From positions 2,738-66,737 of the forward strand of contig DVNW01000004.1 of the NCBI GenBank assembly GCA_018714105.1: a DNA stretch of 64,000 nucleotides, read 5' to 3'. The notes below the pieces were generated by a model. That model worked only from the letters and a program-made list of their open reading frames with translations. It did no database searches and was not told where the DNA came from. The stretch comes from Candidatus Faecicola pullistercoris (GTDB lineage: Bacteria; Bacillota; Clostridia; Christensenellales; CAG-917). A program made the translations under genes and the position numbers. Shown here piece by piece: positions 56,603-64,000 of the stretch. The stretch's first letter is position 1; every line of letters begins with the position of its first letter.

Positions 56603-57622
56603 ATGACCGTTGTTACAGACAAACTCAATATGCGTTACGGCGGCTCGGAAAAGGGTATATCCTATCTCGATTTTTCGGGCGAAGGGCTTATCTGCCTGTA
56701 CGGCGGCGAAGCGTCGGGCAAAACCACGCTTTTAAAGTGTATTGCAGGTCTTGAAAATTACGAAGGAAAGGTTATTGTAAACGGACGCGAGCGGCAAGCC
56801 GAAGCAGACGGCGGTATCATAATGCTTTTCGACGACTACGGTCTGTTTGGCAACAAAACCGCGCTTTTCAACGCGGCGTATCCGTATCTGGTGCGAAAAT
56901 CAGACAAAGCCGAGGCGCTGAGGCAGGCCGACGAACTTTTGAAAAAAGCCGGCATTTATGCAAAAAGGTCGGAAAAAGCAAAAAATCTGTCCGACAAAGA
57001 AAAGCTCATGCTTGCGCTTACGCGGTTGGAGCGCGGAGCGGAACTTTACCTTATAGACAATCCTCTGAAACGCTTTTGCGGCGAGGAAAGAAAAAAGCTT
57101 TTCTTTTCGGTAATGTATCCCGTTCTGCAAAGGCTGGGAGAGAATGCCGACGTAATTTACGCGACTGATGATCTGAGCGAACTCGAAGCGCTTCAGGAAA
57201 GCGTGCTGCTTATCAATTTCGGCAGCAGGAAAGGTACGGGAAAACTCGGTGACCTTATGAAAAATCCGCCCAACCTTTTTTGCGCCGGGCTTATGTCGGA
57301 TAAGGTTATTTTCGAGGCGCGCCTTTCGGCCGACGGAACATGTCCGCATATTGCTTTCGGCGAAGAAAAAATTCTTCTGCCGCAAGAAGGGCGGCTGCTT
57401 GACGAGGATTATCGGGGCAAAACGGTCAAGGTTTCGGCCGATTGCGAGGCAGGTGCGGACGGCGGACTGACGGCAGTAGCTCAAGGCTGCGGTTATCTTT
57501 CGTTTGAAGGTTGCGTTTTCAGATCGAAATTGGCCGAAAACCTGTTAAAAAACGAAAAAATAGATATTAATTTAACAAATATCTGTCTTTACGATTACGT
57601 GTCCGAGGGCAGAATATACTAG
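56603..57622 (+). CDS. MalK/UgpC-like ABC nucleotide-binding protein with degenerate catalytic motifs
   Basis: Walker A is present (GGEASGKTT). The signature is LSDKE instead of LSGGQ. Walker B is LYLIDNP instead of DEP. The H-loop is ATDD instead of THD. The Q-loop Gln is absent (MLFDDYGLF). A C-terminal regulatory-type domain is present. Confidence 0.7.
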   Translation: MTVVTDKLNMRYGGSEKGISYLDFSGEGLICLYGGEASGKTTLLKCIAGLENYEGKVIVNGRERQAEADGGIIMLFDDYGLFGNKTALFNAAYPYLVRKSDKAEALRQADELLKKAGIYAKRSEKAKNLSDKEKLMLALTRLERGAELYLIDNPLKRFCGEERKKLFFSVMYPVLQRLGENADVIYATDDLSELEALQESVLLINFGSRKGTGKLGDLMKNPPNLFCAGLMSDKVIFEARLSADGTCPHIAFGEEKILLPQEGRLLDEDYRGKTVKVSADCEAGADGGLTAVAQGCGYLSFEGCVFRSKLAENLLKNEKIDINLTNICLYDYVSEGRIY

Positions 57623-57630
57623 GAGAAAGT

Positions 57631-58785
57631 ATGGATTACAAAGAAATGGCGGTGGAACTACACCGTAAACTCAAAGGTAAAATCGAAGTCGTTTCGCGCG
57701 TTAAAGTAGACAGTCAGCAGGCTCTGTCCACGGCTTATACGCCCGGCGTAGCCGAACCTTGTCTGCGTATTGCGGCCGAGCCCGAAAGCATTTACGATTT
57801 TACGCGAAAGGGCAATCTCGTAGCCGTGGTGACGGACGGAAGCGCGGTTCTGGGCCTCGGAAATATCGGCGGCGCGGCAGGTATGCCCGTAATGGAAGGC
57901 AAAGCAGTGCTTTTCAAAGAATTCGGCGACGTTGACGCCTTCCCGATATGCCTTGCCACGCAGGACACCGAGGAGATTATAAGAACGGTCAAAGCCATAG
58001 CTCCCACTTTCGGCGGCATAAACCTCGAGGATATATCCGCGCCCAGATGTTTCGAAATAGAAAAACGCCTTATAGACGAACTCGATATTCCCGTTTTTCA
58101 CGACGACCAGCACGGGACGGCAATAGTAGTTCTGGCCGCGCTTAAAAACGCGCTTAAAGTGGTAGGTAAAGACATAGGCAGCGTAAACGCGGTTATACTC
58201 GGGCCGGGAGCCGCCGGCACCGCGATAGCAAATCTGTTGATGACGGCCGGACTTAAAAACCTCAGAATATGCGACAGAAAAGGCCTGTTGTGCGAGGGCA
58301 GAGAGGGCATGACCGAGCATAAAACCGAACTGGCGCGCAAAACAAATCCCGAAAAACTGTGCGGTTGTCTTGCCGACGTAATGAAAGGAGCGGACGTATT
58401 TATAGGAGTCAGCGGTCCCGATACGGTAACCGAGGATATGATAGCTTCAATGAATGAAGGCGCGATAGTATTCGCCATGTCAAATCCCAATCCCGAAATA
58501 GCTCCCGACGCCGCGGCGCGCGCGGGTGCCGCCGTAATAGGCACGGGCAGGTCGGATTATCCCAATCAGATAAACAACGTGCTGGTTTTCCCGGGTATAT
58601 TCAAGGGCGCGCTTTCGGTCAGAGCCCGTAAGATTACCGTAGAAATGAAGCTTGCCGCTGCAGACGCCATTGCGTCGCTTATATCCGATGAAGAGCGTTC
58701 GGCGCAATATATCATTCCTAAGCCCTTCGATCCGCGCGTCAGCGCCGCCGTGGCCGAAGCCGTAAGAAATGCCGCGACAAAATAG
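57631..58785 (+). CDS. NAD(P)-dependent malic enzyme (short, MaeB N-domain type)
   Basis: The 384-aa protein contains LSTAYTPGVAEPC and VTDGSAVLGLGNIG. The NAD-binding site is ILGPGAAGTAIA. Confidence 0.9.
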   Translation: MDYKEMAVELHRKLKGKIEVVSRVKVDSQQALSTAYTPGVAEPCLRIAAEPESIYDFTRKGNLVAVVTDGSAVLGLGNIGGAAGMPVMEGKAVLFKEFGDVDAFPICLATQDTEEIIRTVKAIAPTFGGINLEDISAPRCFEIEKRLIDELDIPVFHDDQHGTAIVVLAALKNALKVVGKDIGSVNAVILGPGAAGTAIANLLMTAGLKNLRICDRKGLLCEGREGMTEHKTELARKTNPEKLCGCLADVMKGADVFIGVSGPDTVTEDMIASMNEGAIVFAMSNPNPEIAPDAAARAGAAVIGTGRSDYPNQINNVLVFPGIFKGALSVRARKITVEMKLAAADAIASLISDEERSAQYIIPKPFDPRVSAAVAEAVRNAATK

Positions 58786-58793
58786 TTAAATAT

Positions 58794-58822
58794 TTGACAA
58801 ACCTCTTGTAGGGTGTTATAAT
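58794..58822 (+). promoter_or_regulatory. Consensus sigma-A promoter of the TM1266-like/ABC operon
   Basis: TTGACA (58794-58799), a 17-nt spacer, then TATAAT (58817-58822). Confidence 0.65.
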
Positions 58823-58901
58823 AGTAAAAAATATCCTGTCTGTATCGATGAATATTTTCGGAGAGTAAGCAAGGATAAGCCGTTTGACACGCTTATTTTT
58901 A

Positions 58902-58931
58902 CGGATTTTCCGAAAGGGAAGTCCGCTTTTT
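58902..58931 (+). terminator. Leader (attenuator) terminator upstream of the TM1266-like gene
   Basis: The 10-bp stem is CGGATTTTCC / GGGAAGTCCG (two G-U pairs) with a GAAA tetraloop, followed by CTTTTTGTT. It lies 19 nt before the ATG at 58950. Confidence 0.6.
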
Positions 58932-58949
58932 GTTATAAGGAGTCAGAAA

Positions 58950-59207
58950 ATGAAAAGAATAGGTGTAATAGGAATCATTGTAAAGCGCAATCGCGAAACC
59001 GCTCTCGAAGTGCAGAAACTGTTGTCGGATTACGGCAATATCATTATGGGGCGTATGGGCGTTCCCGGTGAAAACGGCATTTCGGCGATAAGCGTTATCG
59101 TGAAGGGAACCAACGAAGAGATATCCGCTCTGACGGGCAAACTCGGCAGGCTGGATAAAGTAAGCGTAAAAAGCGCGTTAATCAGCGCGGAAATAGAGGA
59201 AGTTTAA
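58950..59207 (+). CDS. TM1266-family small ACT/NikR-C-like protein (annotated elsewhere as putative iron-only hydrogenase system regulator)
   Basis: The 85-aa sequence is MKRIGVIGIIVKRNRETALEVQKLLSDYGNIIMGRMGVP...ISALTGKLGRL. It resembles my recollection of the TM1266 family. The ATG follows an AAGGAG Shine-Dalgarno, so the ORF-track start at 58884 is rejected. Confidence 0.6.
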   Translation: MKRIGVIGIIVKRNRETALEVQKLLSDYGNIIMGRMGVPGENGISAISVIVKGTNEEISALTGKLGRLDKVSVKSALISAEIEEV

Positions 59208-59209
59208 TT

Positions 59210-60241
59210 ATGAAAATGACGTTAAAAAGGGCAATCGCATCTGTTTTAAGCGTTTTTTTGCTTGTTTCGGCACTTTTTTCGCTTTCTGCTTGTAACCGTG
59301 GCGGCGCGGACAAGGCAGTTATCGCCGCGCCCGACGGCGCGCCCGCGCTGGCAATGGCAGGCCTTTTGGGACTGTCGGAAATCGAAGGCGTAGAAACGGA
59401 TTTCAGGGTGGTGACTTCGGACGGTTCGACCGAGGCCGCAACCGTAGTCGGAGCAAAACTCGTTTCGGGCGAATACGATATGGCAGTTCTGCCGACCAAT
59501 CTTGCGGCTACGTTGTACAATAAAGGTGCGGATATAAAATTAGCCGCAGTCGTAACCTGGGGCAATCTGTATCTGGTGTCGAAAGGCGCACCGTTAAGCG
59601 GCCTTGCGGAGCTGGAAGGTAAGGTAGTATATACCGTCAGCCGCTCGGGCCCCCCCGATACAGTGTTTAAAAAACTGCTTTCCGAAAGCGGTGTGGACAT
59701 TGCGTCCGAAGACGAATACAGCGTCAATACCGACGGCACCGTTTCGCCCGTAAGCGGCAAGGTAGTGCTGAAATATATGCCCGCTACCACCATTATGCCT
59801 TATCTCAAACAGAACAAAATCGAATACGCCGTACTTGCCGAGCCTGCGGTTACCAATGCAATGAACGCCGTAGGGGCAGAACTTAAAACCGTACTCGATT
59901 TTCAGCACGAATGGCAGAAAATGACGGGAAGCAACAGTTATCCTCAGGCTTCGCTTATAGTAAGGTCGGAGTTTGCAGAGGGCAACAAAAAATTCGTCGA
60001 AGAGTTTATAAACAGGCTTTCGGACGCCCGGGATTATCTTACCGAACAGGAAAATCTCGATACTGCAATACAGGCCGTCAAAGCTCTCGCGCCGTCTACT
60101 TCGCTCAATTATATTACGGTTCAGTCAGCCGCGCGGTGCGGCATAAAATGCCTTGCGGCGGCTGAATGCAAAAACGATATAACCGATTACCTTTCGCTGT
60201 TCAATCTGACGGCCGACGACGGTTTTTTCTATGAAAAATAA
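59210..60241 (+). CDS. ABC transporter substrate-binding lipoprotein (NitT/TauT, NMT1/THI5-like fold)
   Basis: The signal peptide has a lipobox (LSAC). The protein is 343 aa and sits next to a cognate permease and ATPase. The substrate is unknown. Confidence 0.75.
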   Translation: MKMTLKRAIASVLSVFLLVSALFSLSACNRGGADKAVIAAPDGAPALAMAGLLGLSEIEGVETDFRVVTSDGSTEAATVVGAKLVSGEYDMAVLPTNLAATLYNKGADIKLAAVVTWGNLYLVSKGAPLSGLAELEGKVVYTVSRSGPPDTVFKKLLSESGVDIASEDEYSVNTDGTVSPVSGKVVLKYMPATTIMPYLKQNKIEYAVLAEPAVTNAMNAVGAELKTVLDFQHEWQKMTGSNSYPQASLIVRSEFAEGNKKFVEEFINRLSDARDYLTEQENLDTAIQAVKALAPSTSLNYITVQSAARCGIKCLAAAECKNDITDYLSLFNLTADDGFFYEK

Positions 60242-60998
60242 GATTTTCAAACTGAAAAACGTCATTTACGCATTATCGGGCGCGGCACTGATTATAGTAA
60301 TATGGATTACTGCCGCGGCCGCTACGGACAGCGAAATAATACTTCCGGGACCTGTGCGTACTTTACGTGAATTTTTAAAGCTGTTAAAGTCGGCCGAGTT
60401 TTACAAGGCGGTATGGGGAAGCACGGGACGGTCTCTTCTCAGTTTCGGAGGAGCGGTGTTTTTTGCGGTCTTGTTCTGCGCGCTTGCGGCACGCTTTAAA
60501 ACTTTTGAAAAAATTTTCGCTCCCGTTATTACTTTTTTGCGGGCAATACCGACCATGTCGATTATACTTATCACCCTGATATGGTTTTCGTCGTCGGTGT
60601 CGCCCATGGTTATTGCATTTCTGATAACCTTTCCTTTACTGTACAACAGTTTTTTGACGGCATACAAAAACGTAGACGAAAACCTTATAACAATGGCCGA
60701 GGCTTACGGTTGCGGAGTCTTTCGGCAGGCGACCCGTTTGTATATCCCGATAATGTTACCCGACGCGCTGTCGGCGATGCGCGCTTCGGTTTCGCTTTCG
60801 CTTAAAGTAACAGTGGCCGCCGAGGTTATGGCGCAAACCGTAAAAAGCATAGGCGTCAACATGCAGCAGTCAATGATTTACTTCGAGACGGCCGAGCTTC
60901 TGGCCTGGACGGCGGCGGCGATTATAATTTCGTATGTTATGGAACTTATAGCGGGCGTCTTTGAAAATTACGCGGGCAGGTGGAAGAATGAAGGTTAA
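60231..60998 (+). CDS. ABC transporter permease (NitT/TauT family)
   Basis: The 255-aa protein has six helices and an EAA-like loop (MAEAYGCGVFRQATRLYIPIMLP). Its start overlaps the end of the substrate-binding protein gene. Confidence 0.85.
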   Translation: MKNKIFKLKNVIYALSGAALIIVIWITAAAATDSEIILPGPVRTLREFLKLLKSAEFYKAVWGSTGRSLLSFGGAVFFAVLFCALAARFKTFEKIFAPVITFLRAIPTMSIILITLIWFSSSVSPMVIAFLITFPLLYNSFLTAYKNVDENLITMAEAYGCGVFRQATRLYIPIMLPDALSAMRASVSLSLKVTVAAEVMAQTVKSIGVNMQQSMIYFETAELLAWTAAAIIISYVMELIAGVFENYAGRWKNEG

Positions 60999-61668
60999 TA
61001 TTTCAAAAAGTTATGGCGAAAAAGCCGTTCTTGACGGATTTGCCTTTGACTTTCCCGAAGGGGAAATCACCGCAGTGGTAGGCGTCAGCGGCGCAGGGAA
61101 AACCACGCTGCTTAACGCTATGGCTTCGCTTACGACTTACGAGGGCGAAAACGGCTTTAAAGGTAAGGATATTTCCTACGTGTTTCAGACGCCCAGGTTA
61201 ATACCCGCAATCACTCTTGAAAAAAACATCGAATTTGCGCTGTCGGGCAAGATCAAAGACGTACATCTTTGCAAACAGACGGCGCAGAACGCTTTAATGG
61301 CAGTGGGGCTTTTCGCGGACAGAGCCAAGTATCCCGGACAGCTTTCGGGCGGAATGGCGCAGAGAGCTTCGCTTGCGCGAGCCTTTTTCTGCCCGTGTTC
61401 GGCGATATTCATGGACGAACCCTTCAAGGAGTGCGACGCCGTTACGAAAAAACGCCTTACGGATCTGTTTGTCAAACTTTACAGCGAGTCGCCCAAAACC
61501 GTCGTGCTTGTTACGCACGATATAGAGGAAGCGCTCACTCTGGCCGGAAAGGTCGCGGTTTTAAAAGACGGCAAAGTATTTAAGTGTTACGACGCAGGTC
61601 CTGCCGCGAAAACGGACGCCGTGACCTTAATGGCTGTCAAAGAACAAATTATAGCCGATTTGATTTAA
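60988..61668 (+). CDS. ABC transporter ATP-binding protein (NitT/TauT family)
   Basis: Walker A is GVSGAGKTT, the signature is LSGGMAQR, Walker B is IFMDEP and the H-loop is VTHD. I prefer the ATG at 60988, which follows GGTGGAAG. Confidence 0.9.
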   Translation: MKVNISKSYGEKAVLDGFAFDFPEGEITAVVGVSGAGKTTLLNAMASLTTYEGENGFKGKDISYVFQTPRLIPAITLEKNIEFALSGKIKDVHLCKQTAQNALMAVGLFADRAKYPGQLSGGMAQRASLARAFFCPCSAIFMDEPFKECDAVTKKRLTDLFVKLYSESPKTVVLVTHDIEEALTLAGKVAVLKDGKVFKCYDAGPAAKTDAVTLMAVKEQIIADLI

Positions 61669-61753
61669 CCGTATCCGCTTAACGGGTATATCGTTTGACA
61701 TTTTCAATTTAAAAATATATTATTATATTATATAATTCAGCAGGACGGGATAT

Positions 61754-62248
61754 ATGGTAATATTAGGCATAGACCCGGGACTTGCCACGGTCGGATACGG
61801 CGTTATCGAAGTGCAATCTGCTTACTCGTTAAAAGTTCTGGACGTGGGCGTTATCGAAACGCCTAAAGAGGAGAGCACTCCCGTAAGGCTGGCTATGATT
61901 GAAAACTGCATGCAACAGCTTATCGACCGCTACAAACCCGACGAGGTTGCCATAGAGGAATTGTTTTTTACCAAAAACATTACCACGGGCATTGCGGTAG
62001 CCGAGGCCCGCGGCGTTATATTGCTTACGGCGATAAAAGCGTGCGGCAGGCTGTACGAATATACTCCTATGCAGATTAAACAGGCCATTACGGGATGGGG
62101 CGGCGCGGACAAGCGTCAGGTTCAGCAGATGGTAAAAACTCTTTTGGGACTCAGCAAAGTGCCCCGTCCGGACGACGCGGCCGACGCGCTTGCGGTTGCC
62201 TACACGCACTCTCAGGCCAACAGAATGGCAAATTTATTTTCAATATAA
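61754..62248 (+). CDS. ruvC: Crossover junction endodeoxyribonuclease RuvC
   Basis: The N-terminus is MVILGIDPGLATVGYGVIE and the C-terminal part contains DAADALAVAYTH. The protein is 164 aa. Confidence 0.93.
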   Translation: MVILGIDPGLATVGYGVIEVQSAYSLKVLDVGVIETPKEESTPVRLAMIENCMQQLIDRYKPDEVAIEELFFTKNITTGIAVAEARGVILLTAIKACGRLYEYTPMQIKQAITGWGGADKRQVQQMVKTLLGLSKVPRPDDAADALAVAYTHSQANRMANLFSI

Positions 62249-62259
62249 AGGACGAAGTT

Positions 62260-62856
62260 ATGTACGCATTCATAAGCGGAAGGGTGGTTTCCTCCTCCGA
62301 AGGTCAGATTATAGTCGAAAACAACGGTATAGGTTATCAGCTTAACGTATCCAATACAACGCTGGCCGAAGGCGGTCAGCCCGGCGTCAACAGGCAGTTT
62401 TACACCTATCTTTACGTAAAAGAAGACGTGTTCAGTCTTTACGGTTTTACCACCGAGGAAGAAAAGAACATGTTTTTAAAACTCATTTCGATAAGCGGCG
62501 TCGGGCCCAAAATGGCGTTGCAGGTTCTGTCGGGCATGGATAGCAAGAGCCTTGCGATAGCTATAGTTACCGGCGATACGAAAGGGCTGTCCAAAATCAA
62601 GGGTTTGGGCAAAAAAACCGCCGAACGCATAATACTCGAACTCAAAGAAGGTCTGTCCGACGAACAGCTTGTGTCGTCGCTCGATAAGGTTTCGCCCGTG
62701 GCAAGCGCGGATAAGCTCGTGCAGGAAGCCGCGCTCGCGTTGCAGTCTTTGGGTATCGGTAAAGCCGAGGCCTTCGAGCTTGCCGTTAACGCGCGCTCGT
62801 TTGCGGATACCCTCGAAGATATTATTTCGCTCGCGTTGCGTCAATTAGCGAGGTAA
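62260..62856 (+). CDS. ruvA: Holliday junction branch migration complex subunit RuvA
   Basis: The N-terminus is MYAFISGRVV...GIGYQLNVS and the HhH motifs include ISGVGPKMAL. The ATG at 62260 follows AAGGACGA, so the upstream ORF extension to 62095 (which overlaps ruvC) is rejected. Confidence 0.9.
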   Translation: MYAFISGRVVSSSEGQIIVENNGIGYQLNVSNTTLAEGGQPGVNRQFYTYLYVKEDVFSLYGFTTEEEKNMFLKLISISGVGPKMALQVLSGMDSKSLAIAIVTGDTKGLSKIKGLGKKTAERIILELKEGLSDEQLVSSLDKVSPVASADKLVQEAALALQSLGIGKAEAFELAVNARSFADTLEDIISLALRQLAR

Positions 62857-62859
62857 ACG

Positions 62860-63939
62860 ATGGAATTTAACAAATTCGAATTCGAGACGCCTTCAAGGGA
62901 GCGTATCACTTCCTCGGAAAAGACTTTGCAGGACACCTACGAAAACAAACTGCGCCCCCGTACGATGGCGGAGTATTTCGGGCAGGAAAAAGTAAAAGCC
63001 AATCTTTCGGTATACATTCAGGCGGCAAAAAGCAGAAAGGAAAGCCTGGATCACGTTCTGTTATACGGGCCTCCGGGGCTGGGTAAAACCACGCTTTCAC
63101 ACATAATAGCGGGCGAGATGGGCGCGCAGATCAGGGTTACTTCGGGCCCTGCAATCGAGCGTGCGGGCGACCTGGCTTCGATACTGTCAAACCTTAACGA
63201 CGGCGATATTCTGTTTATAGACGAAATTCACCGCCTTAACAGAAACATCGAGGAAATACTCTATCCCGCTATGGAGGATTTCGCGCTGGATTTCGTATTC
63301 GGCAAGGGCCCGACCGCAAGAAGCGTGCGCCTTCCGTTGAAGCGGTTTACCCTTATAGGCGCAACCACGAAAGCAGGAATGCTTTCAGGGCCGCTGAGAG
63401 ATAGGTTCGGCGTTATGTGCAGAATGGAAATGTACACTCCCGAGGAACTGCTAGGGATAGTTAACCGCAGCGCTTCGATACTCGATATATCTATCGACAG
63501 ACCTGCCGCGATGCAGATTGCAAAACGCAGCCGCGGCACGCCCAGGATAGCAAACCGTCTTCTGAGAAGAGTCAGGGATTACGCCCAGGTTGCGGGATTC
63601 GGTACGGTCAACGAAGATATATGCAACGACGCCTTAAAGCGCATGGAAGTGGACGAGCTCGGTCTTGACGCTACCGACGTCAATATTCTTTCGGCCATTA
63701 TAGACAAGTTTGCCGGAGGTCCGGTAGGGCTCGATACGCTTGCCGCCGCTTCGGGCGAGGAAGCAAATACGATAGAGGACGTTTACGAACCTTATCTTTT
63801 GCAGTTAGGCTTTATTTCCCGTACGCCGAGGGGAAGGATCTGTATGCCTGCGGCTTATAAACATCTGGGCAGAAAGGTCCCTTCCGATCCGGGCGGGCAG
63901 ATATCTATGTTTGAAAAAGAGGACGGAGCGGATGCTTAA
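62860..63939 (+). CDS. ruvB: Holliday junction DNA helicase RuvB
   Basis: Walker A is GPPGLGKTT and Walker B is LFIDEIHRL. The motif [16 protein letters not shown] is also present. The protein is 359 aa. Confidence 0.95.
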   Translation: MEFNKFEFETPSRERITSSEKTLQDTYENKLRPRTMAEYFGQEKVKANLSVYIQAAKSRKESLDHVLLYGPPGLGKTTLSHIIAGEMGAQIRVTSGPAIERAGDLASILSNLNDGDILFIDEIHRLNRNIEEILYPAMEDFALDFVFGKGPTARSVRLPLKRFTLIGATTKAGMLSGPLRDRFGVMCRMEMYTPEELLGIVNRSASILDISIDRPAAMQIAKRSRGTPRIANRLLRRVRDYAQVAGFGTVNEDICNDALKRMEVDELGLDATDVNILSAIIDKFAGGPVGLDTLAAASGEEANTIEDVYEPYLLQLGFISRTPRGRICMPAAYKHLGRKVPSDPGGQISMFEKEDGADA

Positions 63940-64000
63940 AAGCGATTTTTATTACGACCTTCCCGAAGAGCTTATCGCTCAGACGCCCGTTGAGCCCAGG
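63932..64000 (+). CDS. queA: S-adenosylmethionine:tRNA ribosyltransferase-isomerase QueA (5' fragment, continues past the window end)
   Basis: [23 protein letters not shown] is the characteristic QueA N-terminus. The ATG overlaps the ruvB stop region. Confidence 0.85.
   Translation, partial: MLKSDFYYDLPEELIAQTPVEPR

Noticed and set aside
58823-58949. Assigning the ABC-operon leader to TPP, guanidine-I/II/III or NMT1-type riboswitch classes, because NitT/TauT transporters are often under such control.
   Set aside because: None of the conserved cores I remember is present: no CTGAGA...ACCTGA, no CTAGGGTTCCG...GGTCCGAGAG, and no ACGR tetraloops. I therefore kept it as an unclassified leader rather than naming a class.
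62095-62259. The ORF-track start that extends ruvA 55 codons upstream into ruvC. Similar upstream extensions appear at 36905 (tsaB), 44172 (apbE), 24178 (nucleotidyltransferase), 52185 (isomerase), 58884 (TM1266-like) and 60961 (ABC ATPase).
   Set aside because: In each case an internal ATG preceded by a Shine-Dalgarno matches the conserved family N-terminus. The upstream extension overlaps the preceding gene or has no homology-like sequence.
1-64000. A whole-window look for CRISPR arrays, tRNA/rRNA genes, insertion sequences, integrases, prophage genes, toxin-antitoxin pairs and known defence-system signatures.
   Set aside because: None was found. All intergenic regions are under 240 nt and are explained by promoters, terminators, two riboswitches, a BirA operator or one unclassified leader. 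The only tandem repeat is the coding 24-mer in the adhesin tail.

Overview
This is a dense chromosomal segment of about 60 genes, mostly on the + strand and roughly 50% GC by eye, and almost all of it is housekeeping. The gene content and order point to a Bacillota/Clostridia-type bacterium: mcsA-mcsB-clpC, RNase J, tsaE-tsaB-rimI, DUF512-der, ECF S-components behind riboswitches, a V-type ATPase, and ruvCAB-queA.

Left to right the window contains:
- the 3' part of a large MBG-repeat surface adhesin
- rpiB and a nine-gene V-type ATPase operon in the Enterococcus hirae ntpFIKECGABD order
- a lipoprotein and a GH3 beta-glucosidase on the - strand
- pgsA, valS, a PflX-like radical SAM gene, and two tandem membrane proteins of unknown function
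- serC-serA on the - strand, a sugar-phosphate nucleotidyltransferase, and RNase J
- a TrmR-like methyltransferase, a U32 peptidase, a degenerate MGDG-synthase-like protein, and a Dabb protein
- a BirA operator with bioY, then DUF512-der and an aminotransferase
- an FMN riboswitch with ribU, then tsaE-tsaB-rimI and an alpha/beta hydrolase
- a membrane-anchored murF with ddl, then icd and a WYL regulator
- a 4-TM protein/ApbE/NusG-II/Gx-transporter operon, then dinB on the - strand
- mcsA-mcsB-clpC, hpf, a sugar-phosphate isomerase, pgi, and an HD hydrolase
- a TPP riboswitch with thiT, a degenerate ABC ATPase, and malic enzyme
- a TM1266-like small protein leading a NitT/TauT-type ABC operon, then ruvC-ruvA-ruvB and the start of queA

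I found no tRNA or rRNA genes, CRISPR arrays, transposases, integrases, or recognisable defence genes. I do not see a clear-cut novel multi-gene system. The best candidates for a second look are:
- the ApbE/NusG-II/Gx-transporter flavinylation-type operon, which has no visible client protein
- the TM1266-like/ABC operon behind an unclassified terminator-containing leader
- the MurF whose N-terminal domain is replaced by a polytopic membrane domain
- a stand-alone MalK-like ABC ATPase with every catalytic motif degenerate

All family assignments come from reading motifs by eye. No searches were run.
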